Of a stretch of 64,000 nt of DNA, positions 52,003 through 61,270 are shown in pieces; the stretch's first letter is position 1, and each line of letters starts with the position of its first letter. The stretch is from Candidatus Poseidoniales archaeon. GTDB lineage: Archaea > Thermoplasmatota > Poseidoniia > Poseidoniales > Thalassarchaeaceae. A program made the translations under genes and the position numbers. Location of the stretch: assembly GCA_003602515.1 (NCBI GenBank), contig QQSB01000005.1, forward strand, positions 88,247-152,246. The letters run 5' to 3'. Below the pieces are notes generated by a model, which saw nothing but the letters and a program-made list of their open reading frames with translations, was not told the origin of the DNA and made no database searches.

Positions 52003-53415
52003 GTGACGAACTACGGATTCGTGATAAACAACAAGACTTGCATCGGGTGCCATGCTTGCACCGTAGCCTGCAAGTCGGAGCATGATATCCCGATCGGAGT
52101 AAATAGGACACATGTCAAGTACATCGAAAAGGGTTCTTATCCCGATTCGACCAGAGAGTTCAGCGTCCATAGATGCAATCATTGCGAGGACTCGCCATGT
52201 ACGACTATCTGTCCGACCACGGCTCTTTTCACAAGATCCGATGGGATTGTCGATTTCGATGATGAGAGGTGCATAGGGTGCAAGTCGTGCATGCAAGCTT
52301 GCCCCTATGATGCGCTTTACATCGACCCCAACAAGGGTACTGCAGCCAAATGTAATTACTGCGCGCACAGAATCGAGCATTCATACGAACCGGCATGTGT
52401 AATCGTCTGCCCGACTGAGTCCATCGTCTCGGGGGACTTGGACGACCCCAACTCCGCGATTTCCAATCTTGTCGCCTCGCATGAGACGACCGTTAGGAAG
52501 CCCCATTCGGGAGCTACTCCCAACCTGTACTATATTGACGCAAGCGAGGAGATGCTCGATCCATACGCAACGGAGGTAACTGGATCAGGCATGTGGACTG
52601 AACAGGCTTTCGGGGTAGGGCACTTCGCAAAGTACGCAGATAGCAGATTGGATAGTGCAGACACGACTTCAATGATAGTGCAACTGGCCCTGGAAAAGAA
52701 GGCAAAGCAGTCATCCCCTCGAGATCAGGCGATCATCAGAGATGTGATGGAAAGACTGTCGGAAGAGACGGGTGGTGCAAAGCGAAGTTATGACCAGCCA
52801 AGCAAGGGAATCCTATGGGGTTGGGAGGTTTCTGCTTACATCTGGACTAAGGGAATTGCAGCGGGAACCTACGTGGTAGCGGCACTAGCAATGCTTTCTG
52901 GGTTTGCCGAGATGAGCGATGGCCTATGGACGATGACGCTCGGAGTCAGTATCGTTTTCCTGGCAATCACTGGAATCCTACTCGTAATGGACCTGGACAG
53001 GCCCGAGAGATTCCTCTACGTCATGCTTAGGCCTAATTGGGATTCTTGGCTGGTCAAAGGCGCATACATCCTCTCCGGTTTTGGTGGAATTCTAGCCCTT
53101 AGTGCTGGAGTCATTATCCTGGACTTGGACAGGTCTTTGCTCACATATCTGGCGATTGCAGGCGTCCCCCTGGCGTTGCTAACAGGGGTTTACACAGCTT
53201 GGCTGCTGATGCAAGCCAAGGGTAGATCCTGGTCAGAAGATTCTCTTCTACCTGCAAAATTTCTAGTTGAAACCGTAGCTATCGGGGCAGCAGTTTTCTT
53301 CCCCCTCTCTTTGATGGAGCCACTCTCCTTCGCTATCGGAGGGGCAGTCCTGCTTGGGATTCTAGCTCATGACAATAAATTGGTGATGAAGCCGCAGATG
53401 GAACCGTTGTTGTGA
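52003..53415 (+). CDS. Four-cluster Fe-S protein fused to a NrfD/PsrC-type membrane anchor
   Basis: CIGCHACTVAC, CNHCEDSPC...CP, CIGCKSCMQACP, KCNYC...PAC...CP; then WGWEVSAY, DLDRPERF, SW..KG. GTG start at 52003. Confidence 0.9.
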   Translation: MTNYGFVINNKTCIGCHACTVACKSEHDIPIGVNRTHVKYIEKGSYPDSTREFSVHRCNHCEDSPCTTICPTTALFTRSDGIVDFDDERCIGCKSCMQACPYDALYIDPNKGTAAKCNYCAHRIEHSYEPACVIVCPTESIVSGDLDDPNSAISNLVASHETTVRKPHSGATPNLYYIDASEEMLDPYATEVTGSGMWTEQAFGVGHFAKYADSRLDSADTTSMIVQLALEKKAKQSSPRDQAIIRDVMERLSEETGGAKRSYDQPSKGILWGWEVSAYIWTKGIAAGTYVVAALAMLSGFAEMSDGLWTMTLGVSIVFLAITGILLVMDLDRPERFLYVMLRPNWDSWLVKGAYILSGFGGILALSAGVIILDLDRSLLTYLAIAGVPLALLTGVYTAWLLMQAKGRSWSEDSLLPAKFLVETVAIGAAVFFPLSLMEPLSFAIGGAVLLGILAHDNKLVMKPQMEPLL

Positions 53416-53424
53416 GGTGCTAGA

Positions 53425-56151
53425 TTGGGCAGGACATTCATAGAAAAAGTAGCGCAGAGGCTGCGAATTATTCCTAATTTGGACAGGCCGGATGCTGTGG
53501 GCGCTAGTGGTCCACTGAGGAACTTCCCCGAACCGGAAGGATGGCACGACCACGTGGAGCTTGATGCTAACCAGTGGCCGAAGATGATCGAGAAGCGTTA
53601 CTCCTTGGTTCCGACGACATGCTTCAACTGCGAGTCTGCCTGTGGCCTACTGGCATATGTGGACAAGGACTCGGGGCAGGTATCGAAGTTCGAGGGCAAT
53701 CCTCACCATCCCGGAAGCAGAGGAAGGAACTGTGCGAAGGGACCTGCTACGATCAACCAGATCAATGACACAGAGAGAATCCTACACCCAATGAAGAGGG
53801 TTGGCCCAAGGGGAGAGGGAGGCTGGGAGAGAGTTACCTGGGACGAGGCGTTGGATGAGATATCCGCCAAGATCAGGGGCTCCCTGAAGACGGGAGCCAA
53901 GGATAGAGTCGTTTATCACGTCGGGCGTCCGGGTCACGAGGGCTATACAAATCGGATTCTGAAGGCCTGGGGGGTCGATGGGCACAACAGCCACACCAAT
54001 ATCTGCTCCGCCGGTGCGAGGACCGGTTATGCGCTCTGGCACCGTCACGACAGGCCATCGCCCGATCATGCCAATGCCAAAGTTATCCTCCTGACATCCT
54101 CGCATTTGGAGACCGGGCACTACTTCAACCCGCATGCTCAAAGGATTCTGGAGGGGATGATGGATGGAGCTAAGCTCATCGTGCTGGACCCTAGGCTCTC
54201 CAACACTGCTGCGATGGCGGACCATTGGCTTCCGACTTGGCCCGGATCAGAATCGGCCCTCTTCCTAACTTGGGCAAACATGATTCTAGAGAAGGGTCTG
54301 TTCGACAAGGACTTCGTAGAGAAATGGGTGAACTGGGAGGAGTGGTTGGAGGCCGATTACCCAGAAGAGCCTAGGGAGTTTGATCGTTTCATCGAGCTTC
54401 TGATGGACCAGTATTCTCCCTACACCCCAGAGTTCGCCGCTAAGGAGTGCAGGATTCCAGTTGAGCAGGTAATTGAAGTTGGGGAGATTGTGGCGAATGC
54501 TGGAAGCAGGCTGGCCACTCACGTGTGGAGGGCTGCTGCCATAGGAAATCTCGGTGGGTGGCAGGTCAGCAGAACCCTGCATCTACTCAATGTCCTTACT
54601 GGTAGCGTGGGCACGGAAGGGGGCACTTCACCCAACTCTTGGTCTAAGTACAAGCCCGATCTCTTCGACGTCCCCCCCGATCCGGATGGTTGGAACGAGT
54701 TGCACTTCCCGCCCGAGTACACGATGTCCCACTACGAAATGAGTCACATCCTGCCTCACCTAGTGAAAGAAGGCAGGGGCGAGATGGATGTTTACTTCAC
54801 CAGAGTATTCAACCCTGTTTGGACCTATCCGGACGGTTTCTCGTGGATCGAGATGCTGCAGAACAGGGATGCAGTGGGATGCCACGTCGCACTGACCCCG
54901 ACTTGGAACGAGACTGCATTCTTTGCGGACTACGTACTGCCAATGGGGCACGCTTCAGAGAGGCACGACGTCAACTCATACGCAACCAGTTCGGGTAAGT
55001 GGGTAGCCTTCAGGCAACCTGTTCTGAGAGAATTTGCGCGCAGAGAGGGAAAGGAAGTCGAATTCACTCACGAGGTCAATCCCGGCGAGGTTTGGGAGGA
55101 GGACGAATTCTGGAACGAGCTTTCATGGAGGATAGACGATGGAACGATGGGAATCAGGGAGCACTTCATGAGCCCGTACCGAGAAGGAGAGAGGATAACT
55201 ATCGACGAATACTACCAGTACATGTTCGAGAGGATTCCGGGACTCCCCGAAGCCGCGGAGGCCGAAGGTACCGATCCTCTAGGCTACATGAGGAAACACG
55301 GTGCTTTCCTGATCGAGGAGGCTACCTACAACAAGCACGAAGAGGATGGGTGGCCCACTCCGAGCGGAAAGCAGGAGATATACTCGAACAGCATGGTCGA
55401 GTTCGGATATCCTGAGCACTCCATACCCCACTACAGAGTAATGAGCCACGTCCATCCTGATAATCTGCAGGGCGAGGATGAGTACTGCCTACTTCCGAAC
55501 TTCCGCCTACCCCAGCACATCCACTCTCGCTCTGCTAATGCTAAATGGCTTGCAGAGATAGCCCATCGAAACCCCCTATGGGTGCACCCTAATGATGCTG
55601 ACAAGTTAGGGGTGAGCGAGGGAGGCCTGCTTAAGGTGGAGACGGAGATAGGCTGGTTCATTGACAAGGTCTGGGTTACTGAAGGCATCAAGCCAGGCAT
55701 CATCGGATGCTCACACCACATTGGTAGATGGAGGAGGAAGCAGGACTCAGGGAACAGGTACATGACCAACGAGGTCGAGATAGAGGACCTGGGCGAGGGA
55801 AGGATGAGGATGAGGACGGTCACAGGAGTCAGACCGTGGGAGTCTGACGACCCGGATACAAACAGAGTTTGGTGGAGGGATGGAGGAGTACATCAGAACA
55901 TCACCCATGCCGTTCAGCCAGACCCCATCAGTGGTGCGCACTGCTGGCTACAGAAGGTTAGGATATCGAGACCGTCCCATGGAGAGAAGTACGGGGACGT
56001 CGAGGTCGATACGAACAGATCGTTTGAGTACTACAAGAAGTGGAACGAAATGGCCAAGGAAAGAGAGGTTCACCCTCGTGGGGAAAGAAGGCCCTTGTGG
56101 ATGAACCGGCCACTGCCACCGAGGAAGGAACACTGGTTCATCAGAGAATAG
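53425..56151 (+). CDS. Molybdopterin oxidoreductase catalytic subunit (DMSO reductase superfamily, Psr/Ttr/Soe-like), no Tat signal
   Basis: CFNCESAC...CAKG (FS0 cluster), HTNICS putative Mo-ligand Cys, DPRLS.TA..AD.W, ETA..ADYVLP, C-terminal VHP.DA..LG domain. GAGGTG SD before TTG. Confidence 0.9.
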   Translation: MGRTFIEKVAQRLRIIPNLDRPDAVGASGPLRNFPEPEGWHDHVELDANQWPKMIEKRYSLVPTTCFNCESACGLLAYVDKDSGQVSKFEGNPHHPGSRGRNCAKGPATINQINDTERILHPMKRVGPRGEGGWERVTWDEALDEISAKIRGSLKTGAKDRVVYHVGRPGHEGYTNRILKAWGVDGHNSHTNICSAGARTGYALWHRHDRPSPDHANAKVILLTSSHLETGHYFNPHAQRILEGMMDGAKLIVLDPRLSNTAAMADHWLPTWPGSESALFLTWANMILEKGLFDKDFVEKWVNWEEWLEADYPEEPREFDRFIELLMDQYSPYTPEFAAKECRIPVEQVIEVGEIVANAGSRLATHVWRAAAIGNLGGWQVSRTLHLLNVLTGSVGTEGGTSPNSWSKYKPDLFDVPPDPDGWNELHFPPEYTMSHYEMSHILPHLVKEGRGEMDVYFTRVFNPVWTYPDGFSWIEMLQNRDAVGCHVALTPTWNETAFFADYVLPMGHASERHDVNSYATSSGKWVAFRQPVLREFARREGKEVEFTHEVNPGEVWEEDEFWNELSWRIDDGTMGIREHFMSPYREGERITIDEYYQYMFERIPGLPEAAEAEGTDPLGYMRKHGAFLIEEATYNKHEEDGWPTPSGKQEIYSNSMVEFGYPEHSIPHYRVMSHVHPDNLQGEDEYCLLPNFRLPQHIHSRSANAKWLAEIAHRNPLWVHPNDADKLGVSEGGLLKVETEIGWFIDKVWVTEGIKPGIIGCSHHIGRWRRKQDSGNRYMTNEVEIEDLGEGRMRMRTVTGVRPWESDDPDTNRVWWRDGGVHQNITHAVQPDPISGAHCWLQKVRISRPSHGEKYGDVEVDTNRSFEYYKKWNEMAKEREVHPRGERRPLWMNRPLPPRKEHWFIRE

Positions 56152-56152
56152 A

Positions 56153-56377
56153 TCAGACCGAGGGTTCTGCTACTCCCCACTCCACGGCTTCCCATGCCCT
56201 TTCATGGACGTAGTAGAATCCCATCTTCAATGGGAACTCTATGACGATGAACCATCCTGCTGTCTCTATCTCACCGGTAAGCATCCCGGCCACTGCAGCC
56301 CCTGTCAAAGTCGCAATTATTCTCCAAGCAAATGTCTTTGCAAGGACGCGTTCCCTAGTGTACATTCCCATCGCCAT
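56153..56377 (-). CDS. DUF2061 small membrane protein
   Basis: R.LAKT..WRIIAT...K...YY.HERAW..V.WG. Confidence 0.85.
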   Translation of the reverse strand: MAMGMYTRERVLAKTFAWRIIATLTGAAVAGMLTGEIETAGWFIVIEFPLKMGFYYVHERAWEAVEWGVAEPSV

Positions 56378-56445
56378 ATCAACGCGCGGGCCTAGCGTGG
56401 AGCAATTAACCTAAGCGGTTCCTCGTGATGAATACACAAGATTTC

Positions 56446-56718
56446 CTAGGAAGGGGGAATAGCCGGAGTTGAACTCGGGTCTGTGGGATCGATATCTTCT
56501 AGGCCCCAGTCGCTCCAACTCCATCCCCTCTCATGGAAGTAGTACAGGATCATCTTCGTGAAGAGTTCGGTGGTTCCTACTGCTGCTCCCGCTGCCCAAC
56601 TGCCTGTCACTATCCTAGTGATGATTATAGTATCAAGCGTCCCTATAGTTCGCCATGAAATAGTCTTAGCGAGGCTTCTCTTTGCGGATGCGTGTCCGGT
56701 CCCTGGTATATGTGCCAT
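56446..56718 (-). CDS. DUF2061 small membrane protein (paralog)
   Basis: RSLAKTISWRTIGTLDT...TKMILYYFHERGW...WG. Confidence 0.88.
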   Translation of the reverse strand: MAHIPGTGHASAKRSLAKTISWRTIGTLDTIIITRIVTGSWAAGAAVGTTELFTKMILYYFHERGWSWSDWGLEDIDPTDPSSTPAIPPS

Positions 56719-56773
56719 ATGTTACGACACGTTCGATAAGGGATAACTCCTCCGATGCAGGGTTCTAAGAATC

Positions 56774-58006
56774 TCATATCGATTCTATCACAACAGCGAT
56801 TCCTTGACCGCCGCCGATGCAGGCCGTGGCTACACCGAAACGCCCGCCAGTCCTCTTCAACTGGTGCGAGAGAGTCAGGACCAGCCTAGTTCCGGTTGCT
56901 GCTAGAGGGTGCCCTAGTCCGACGGCACCACCATTCACATTGACTCGGTCATAGTCTATCCCGAGATCCTTGATGCAGGCCACTGCCTGACCTGCGAATG
57001 CCTCGTTAATCTCCCACAGGTCTATTTCAGAGACCGTGAGGCCTGCATTCTGGATCGCCTTCTGGCTGGAGGGAACTGGACCGTAAGCCATGATGCTGGG
57101 CTCAAGACCGACTATCCCCCATGAGACAATTCTTGCGAGAGGTTCATCGCCGTCTGCCTCTGCTCTGGATGCAGACTTCACCACAACAGCTGCAGCGCCA
57201 TCGACGACTCCGGAGGCATTTCCCGCCGTCACCAGTGAATCAGGTCCGAAGTGAGTCCTCAGTCCGGAGAGAGTGTCGATGGTCGTTCCGAGGACTACGT
57301 GATCCTCGTGGGAGTGGTCGATTACGCCATCTGGGGTCTCTACTGAAATTACCTCATCCTGCCAAATACCAGATGAGACGCTTGATTCCGTCCTCTGGTG
57401 ACTCATGGCGGCGTACTCGTCTGCCTCCTCACGGACTACGCCCTTCCTACGGCATAATTCGTCACTAGTCTGGGCCATGAACATGCCACTGACCCCATCG
57501 ACCAGATTGGTGAATAGATAGTCCTCCATATCTTGTGGGATTTCTTCCCCGGCAGAAGGCGGCCTACCGAGCTTGTAAGACCCCCTCATGCCCCTGAGGA
57601 CATGTGGAGCCTGGCTGAGGTTCTCCATGCCTCCTGCGACAACCACCTCTGCCTCTCCCAGCATTATCATCTGAGTTGCACTGATTATCGACTGTGCTCC
57701 ACTTCCGCAAAGTCGGTTTAGTGTTAGCATCGGGACTTCCTGTGGTATTCCTGCTCTGAGCCCGGCGTGCCTGGCTCCAAAGATTGCTTGTCCAGAGGTC
57801 TGCAATGCGTGCCCCATGACTACGTGTTCAACGGAATTTGGGTTTGTACCGGAATTATCCATGGCACCCTTGATTGCTATGGTTCCCAGTTCCTCTGCGG
57901 ACACGGATGATAGTCTCCCTCCGGGACCGCCATCCCCTCTCTTGCCACCTAGCCATTCGCAGAAAGGGGTCCTTGCCCCCCCTACGACAACCGCGCTCTC
58001 GGTCAT
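56774..58006 (-). CDS. Thiolase (acetyl-CoA C-acyltransferase)
   Basis: RTPF, NRLCGSG, EINEAFA, GHPLAATG, ACIGGGQG. Confidence 0.93.
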   Translation of the reverse strand: MTESAVVVGGARTPFCEWLGGKRGDGGPGGRLSSVSAEELGTIAIKGAMDNSGTNPNSVEHVVMGHALQTSGQAIFGARHAGLRAGIPQEVPMLTLNRLCGSGAQSIISATQMIMLGEAEVVVAGGMENLSQAPHVLRGMRGSYKLGRPPSAGEEIPQDMEDYLFTNLVDGVSGMFMAQTSDELCRRKGVVREEADEYAAMSHQRTESSVSSGIWQDEVISVETPDGVIDHSHEDHVVLGTTIDTLSGLRTHFGPDSLVTAGNASGVVDGAAAVVVKSASRAEADGDEPLARIVSWGIVGLEPSIMAYGPVPSSQKAIQNAGLTVSEIDLWEINEAFAGQAVACIKDLGIDYDRVNVNGGAVGLGHPLAATGTRLVLTLSHQLKRTGGRFGVATACIGGGQGIAVVIESI

Positions 58007-58025
58007 GCCATTACTTCCACTAGGA

Positions 58026-59444
58026 TCAAGATTCATTTTTCTCGTCTGTCATCGAACCCAAGTAGTCTGGGAGCTCGACGCCGGACATCTTGGCTACGTC
58101 ATGGATTGGCGGCAGGCTCTGGACCAGGCTGCTGACGAAGTTGCTAGTAGCCGAGTTTCCATCGGCGTTGTTGCCGCTGTCCCAGACGGTGATCTTGTCG
58201 ATCTTCAGATTCCGGATTGCCTCAGTCTGTGCATTGACCATGGCCTCTATCTTCTCGACCATCAGTAGGGTTGCGGCTGCCTTGGGGTCGCCGGAAGCGC
58301 TGGACACTAGGCTGCTGTAACCCTTAGCCTTGGACTCCAGGACATTCTGGATACCCTCGGCCTCTGCGTTGTACTTGGCGAGAATAGCATCTGCCTCACC
58401 ACGAGCGATTCTCCTCTGCCTCTCGGCCTCGGCTTCCGCTGCGATCTCGACCTGTTGTTTGGCAACGGTCTCTCTGGCGATCTCACTGGCTCTGAGCTTC
58501 TGCTCTTCCTCATCGTAGGTCGCCATAGCAATCGCGGCCTCTGACTGAGCTGTTGCTACGTCGGCCCTCTGCTTGGCAGATGCCTCGGCCTCGGCTAGGT
58601 CAGCGTTTGCCCTGGCTATCTCCGCCTGAGCTGCATTCTCACCGCCCACAGCCAGTGCCTCTTGCTGCTCGACGTACACACGCTGGTCCGCCTCTGCCTC
58701 CTTTCTCCCCTTCTCGGCCTCTGCTGTGTTCTTAGCGACCTGGATATCCTTTGTTCGGTCTGCCTCTGCCTTACCGATTGCGCCGTCCCTCTCAGCGTTC
58801 GCGACATCTACCCTGGCCTGCTCGACTGCAGTGGATGCTGCCTTCTTACCGATGCTCTCGATGTAGTCTGCATTGTCCGTAATGTCAGCGATGTTGACGT
58901 TGATCAGGTATAGGCCGACCTTCCTCATCTCCTGTCCGACGTTCTTCTGTATCAGCTCTAGGAATGAGTCGCGGTCCTGATTGATCTGCTCGATTGTCAG
59001 GGTCGCGACTGTTAGTCGAAGTTGCCCGAAGATTATCTCCTTAGCCATCTCCTCAATGTCTTCCACCTTGAATCCTAGAAGACGCTCGGCTGCATTGGCC
59101 ATGATGGTTGGCTCAGTGGAAACACCTATTGTGAAGGTGCTCGGAACGTTGATCCTGATGTTCTGTAGGGATAGAGCCCCCCTTAGATCGATGTTGATGG
59201 TCATCGGTTTCAGCGATATGTATGCGTAATCCTGAATCAGTGGCCATACTAGGGCGGCACCACCATGCAGGGTCTTGGAAGGTTTCGGACGTCCGTCCGC
59301 TGTCCTCTCGGTACGACCATAAATCACCATTATCTGATCAGGTGGACATCTCTTGTATCGCTGTGCGAAAAACATCACAGCAGCAACAAGAATCAGTACA
59401 ACTGCAAAAATCATTATTGTTAGTATTCCCTCTGCTTCTACCAT
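58026..59444 (-). CDS. Flotillin (SPFH domain plus EA-rich coiled coil)
   Basis: N-terminal TM, RYKRCP, GQLR...LTIEQIN.DR, AEAEAE repeats, IDKITVWD. Confidence 0.92.
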   Translation of the reverse strand: MVEAEGILTIMIFAVVLILVAAVMFFAQRYKRCPPDQIMVIYGRTERTADGRPKPSKTLHGGAALVWPLIQDYAYISLKPMTINIDLRGALSLQNIRINVPSTFTIGVSTEPTIMANAAERLLGFKVEDIEEMAKEIIFGQLRLTVATLTIEQINQDRDSFLELIQKNVGQEMRKVGLYLINVNIADITDNADYIESIGKKAASTAVEQARVDVANAERDGAIGKAEADRTKDIQVAKNTAEAEKGRKEAEADQRVYVEQQEALAVGGENAAQAEIARANADLAEAEASAKQRADVATAQSEAAIAMATYDEEEQKLRASEIARETVAKQQVEIAAEAEAERQRRIARGEADAILAKYNAEAEGIQNVLESKAKGYSSLVSSASGDPKAAATLLMVEKIEAMVNAQTEAIRNLKIDKITVWDSGNNADGNSATSNFVSSLVQSLPPIHDVAKMSGVELPDYLGSMTDEKNES

Positions 59445-59533
59445 TGGCTCAACTCATTAAAGAAGAGGGGTTGCTTACCTATGAATCCTTACCCGCCACG
59501 CTCTTTAGAGCGAACGAGGAAATCTTCCGGGCC

Positions 59534-60121
59534 CTAGATTCTCTTGACTACTAGGACCTCGCCGATTACATCTACGACTTCGATGAATTCGCCCGTCCCA
59601 ATCTCTGCGTCGTCCTCTGACTTCGCATTGTAGGTCCTCTGGGCCCCGTTGACGTCCACGGTGACCTGGCCGACTCCGTTATTTCCTATCCTGAGGTATG
59701 TTTGGCCCTTGGATCCGATTGCCTCTGAGAGATCGGTTGTGCCGTCCTGCTGCAGAGTGACGAAGAGTTCGAATAGCTTCCCAGTGGAGTACATGGATAA
59801 ACCCCCGGCAATAGCACCGGCCAACACTGACATACTAGCTCCCCCGTCTGACTTCAAGACGTACAAGCCAGCCAGCCCGAAGAACATCATGAATGCCATG
59901 ATTCCTTGGAACGTGAGTGCCTTGAACGATGCATCTGCTCCCATATCGACGTCTATGCCGAATAATCCATCGAATACATCGGTGGCAATTCCTCCAATGA
60001 TTAGTAAGAAGAAGTACAGAACAAACAGGATTCCCCCCACAAGTGCGCTAGCTGCGAAAAGCAGCTCCACCCCAGTTGCATCACCAAGCCCGACTAGTTC
60101 GAACAAATTCAGTTCAACCAT
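59534..60121 (-). CDS. NfeD-like (YuaF-type) flotillin partner
   Basis: Three TMs (AFMMFFGLAG), then OB fold AIGSKG..YLRI...GQV.V...I.TG..IEVV; lies next to flotillin. Confidence 0.85.
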   Translation of the reverse strand: MVELNLFELVGLGDATGVELLFAASALVGGILFVLYFFLLIIGGIATDVFDGLFGIDVDMGADASFKALTFQGIMAFMMFFGLAGLYVLKSDGGASMSVLAGAIAGGLSMYSTGKLFELFVTLQQDGTTDLSEAIGSKGQTYLRIGNNGVGQVTVDVNGAQRTYNAKSEDDAEIGTGEFIEVVDVIGEVLVVKRI

Positions 60122-60180
60122 TGATATCGCGTATGGCTTGTACGATTTGACTTGTTCGGCGGAAATGATGAGGAAATGCT

Positions 60181-60444
60181 TCACTTTCTGGAAAGTATGA
60201 CTCCGACGTACCTTTCAAGACTCAGTATGGGACCCAATGAAAGGCCGACCAAGACGAATGCTATAGTTAGGGCAGTGTCGGAAGAGAAGTAGGGGTCAAC
60301 TAGCGTGTAAGTCAGTAGCCCTATGATGAATAGGGTGACAGGTATCGCGGCTCTTCTGAAGAAGATGTGGTATCCGAACATCTGGTCGAATGCGGGATTC
60401 CCAATCGCCTTGTCGACTATTGTTTCCTCTTCTTTAGCAGACAT
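60181..60444 (-). CDS. Small hypothetical membrane protein
   Basis: Two TMs; follows the upstream gene after 9 nt with a GAGGA SD. Confidence 0.65.
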   Translation of the reverse strand: MSAKEEETIVDKAIGNPAFDQMFGYHIFFRRAAIPVTLFIIGLLTYTLVDPYFSSDTALTIAFVLVGLSLGPILSLERYVGVILSRK

Positions 60445-60453
60445 CGGCCATCC

Positions 60454-60798
60454 TCAGCCAATAAGCCAGGCCATTGCACCTATGAATGTCATCGTCATGG
60501 GAATTGCGTACCAGGCTGCCTTTACTGCCTTCGGGGAGTCATCCACTAGCTCCTTCCTGCCAGTTGCTGGGTCTACTTGCAGTATGGTCTTCTCAGCCTT
60601 GCTGTATAATTCGGTGAACTCTGACTCGTTTCGAGCGACAAACAGTAGGAAATATATCCCCAGAGCTAGAGTTCCCCCTCCGGACCACTGAATTAGTTGG
60701 CCAATTAGTTCGGAAGTGCCGGCAGAGATTATCGCATCTCCTATCAGTATCTGTGCTATCCCCATCATGAACCAAGTCAGTGAGTCTCTTCTTGCCAT
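60454..60798 (-). CDS. Small hypothetical membrane protein
   Basis: Three hydrophobic segments; TTGAAG box 29 nt upstream. Confidence 0.7.
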   Translation of the reverse strand: MARRDSLTWFMMGIAQILIGDAIISAGTSELIGQLIQWSGGGTLALGIYFLLFVARNESEFTELYSKAEKTILQVDPATGRKELVDDSPKAVKAAWYAIPMTMTFIGAMAWLIG

Positions 60799-60850
60799 GG
60801 TGTCAAGAGGATAATACCCCTCTTCAATATGACGCCTGCATGGGTCTGAA

Positions 60851-61270
60851 TCAGCCTCCTCTGCTCTTTGGCCGAGTCTCCCAGATAGCCCATGTCCCCT
60901 TTGCGGTGGCCACCAGCTTTCCCTCTCCTGTGGTCAGCTTTCCCTCCACATGAGCGAGGTTCCTGCCCCTTCGAACGACCTGGGCCGTTGCTACAATGTG
61001 CTCTCCCTCGTTGACAGAGTTCAGGTAAGAGATGTCCAACTGAGCGGTTGCACACCACTCCTCCTTGGATATGATCGAGACTAGTGTGCCCCCCATTGCC
61101 GTGTCAAGGAGGGTTGCATGGATCCCGCCATGGGCAACTCCACCCATGTTCAGGTGCTTGCCTCTAACAGTTAGTTCGACTACGCATGATCCCTCGGTGA
61201 ATTCGGTGATCTCCATTCCAAGGGTCTCGGCCAATTCGGTAAGCCTCGGCGCGTCCCCCTCACGACTCAT
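60851..61270 (-). CDS. PaaI-family hotdog thioesterase
   Basis: [32 protein letters not shown]. Confidence 0.9.
   Translation of the reverse strand: MSREGDAPRLTELAETLGMEITEFTEGSCVVELTVRGKHLNMGGVAHGGIHATLLDTAMGGTLVSIISKEEWCATAQLDISYLNSVNEGEHIVATAQVVRRGRNLAHVEGKLTTGEGKLVATAKGTWAIWETRPKSRGG

Noticed and set aside
53425..56151. Selenocysteine or formate dehydrogenase identity for the Mo enzyme
   Set aside because: No in-frame TGA and no Fdh-type C/U-H active-site motif.
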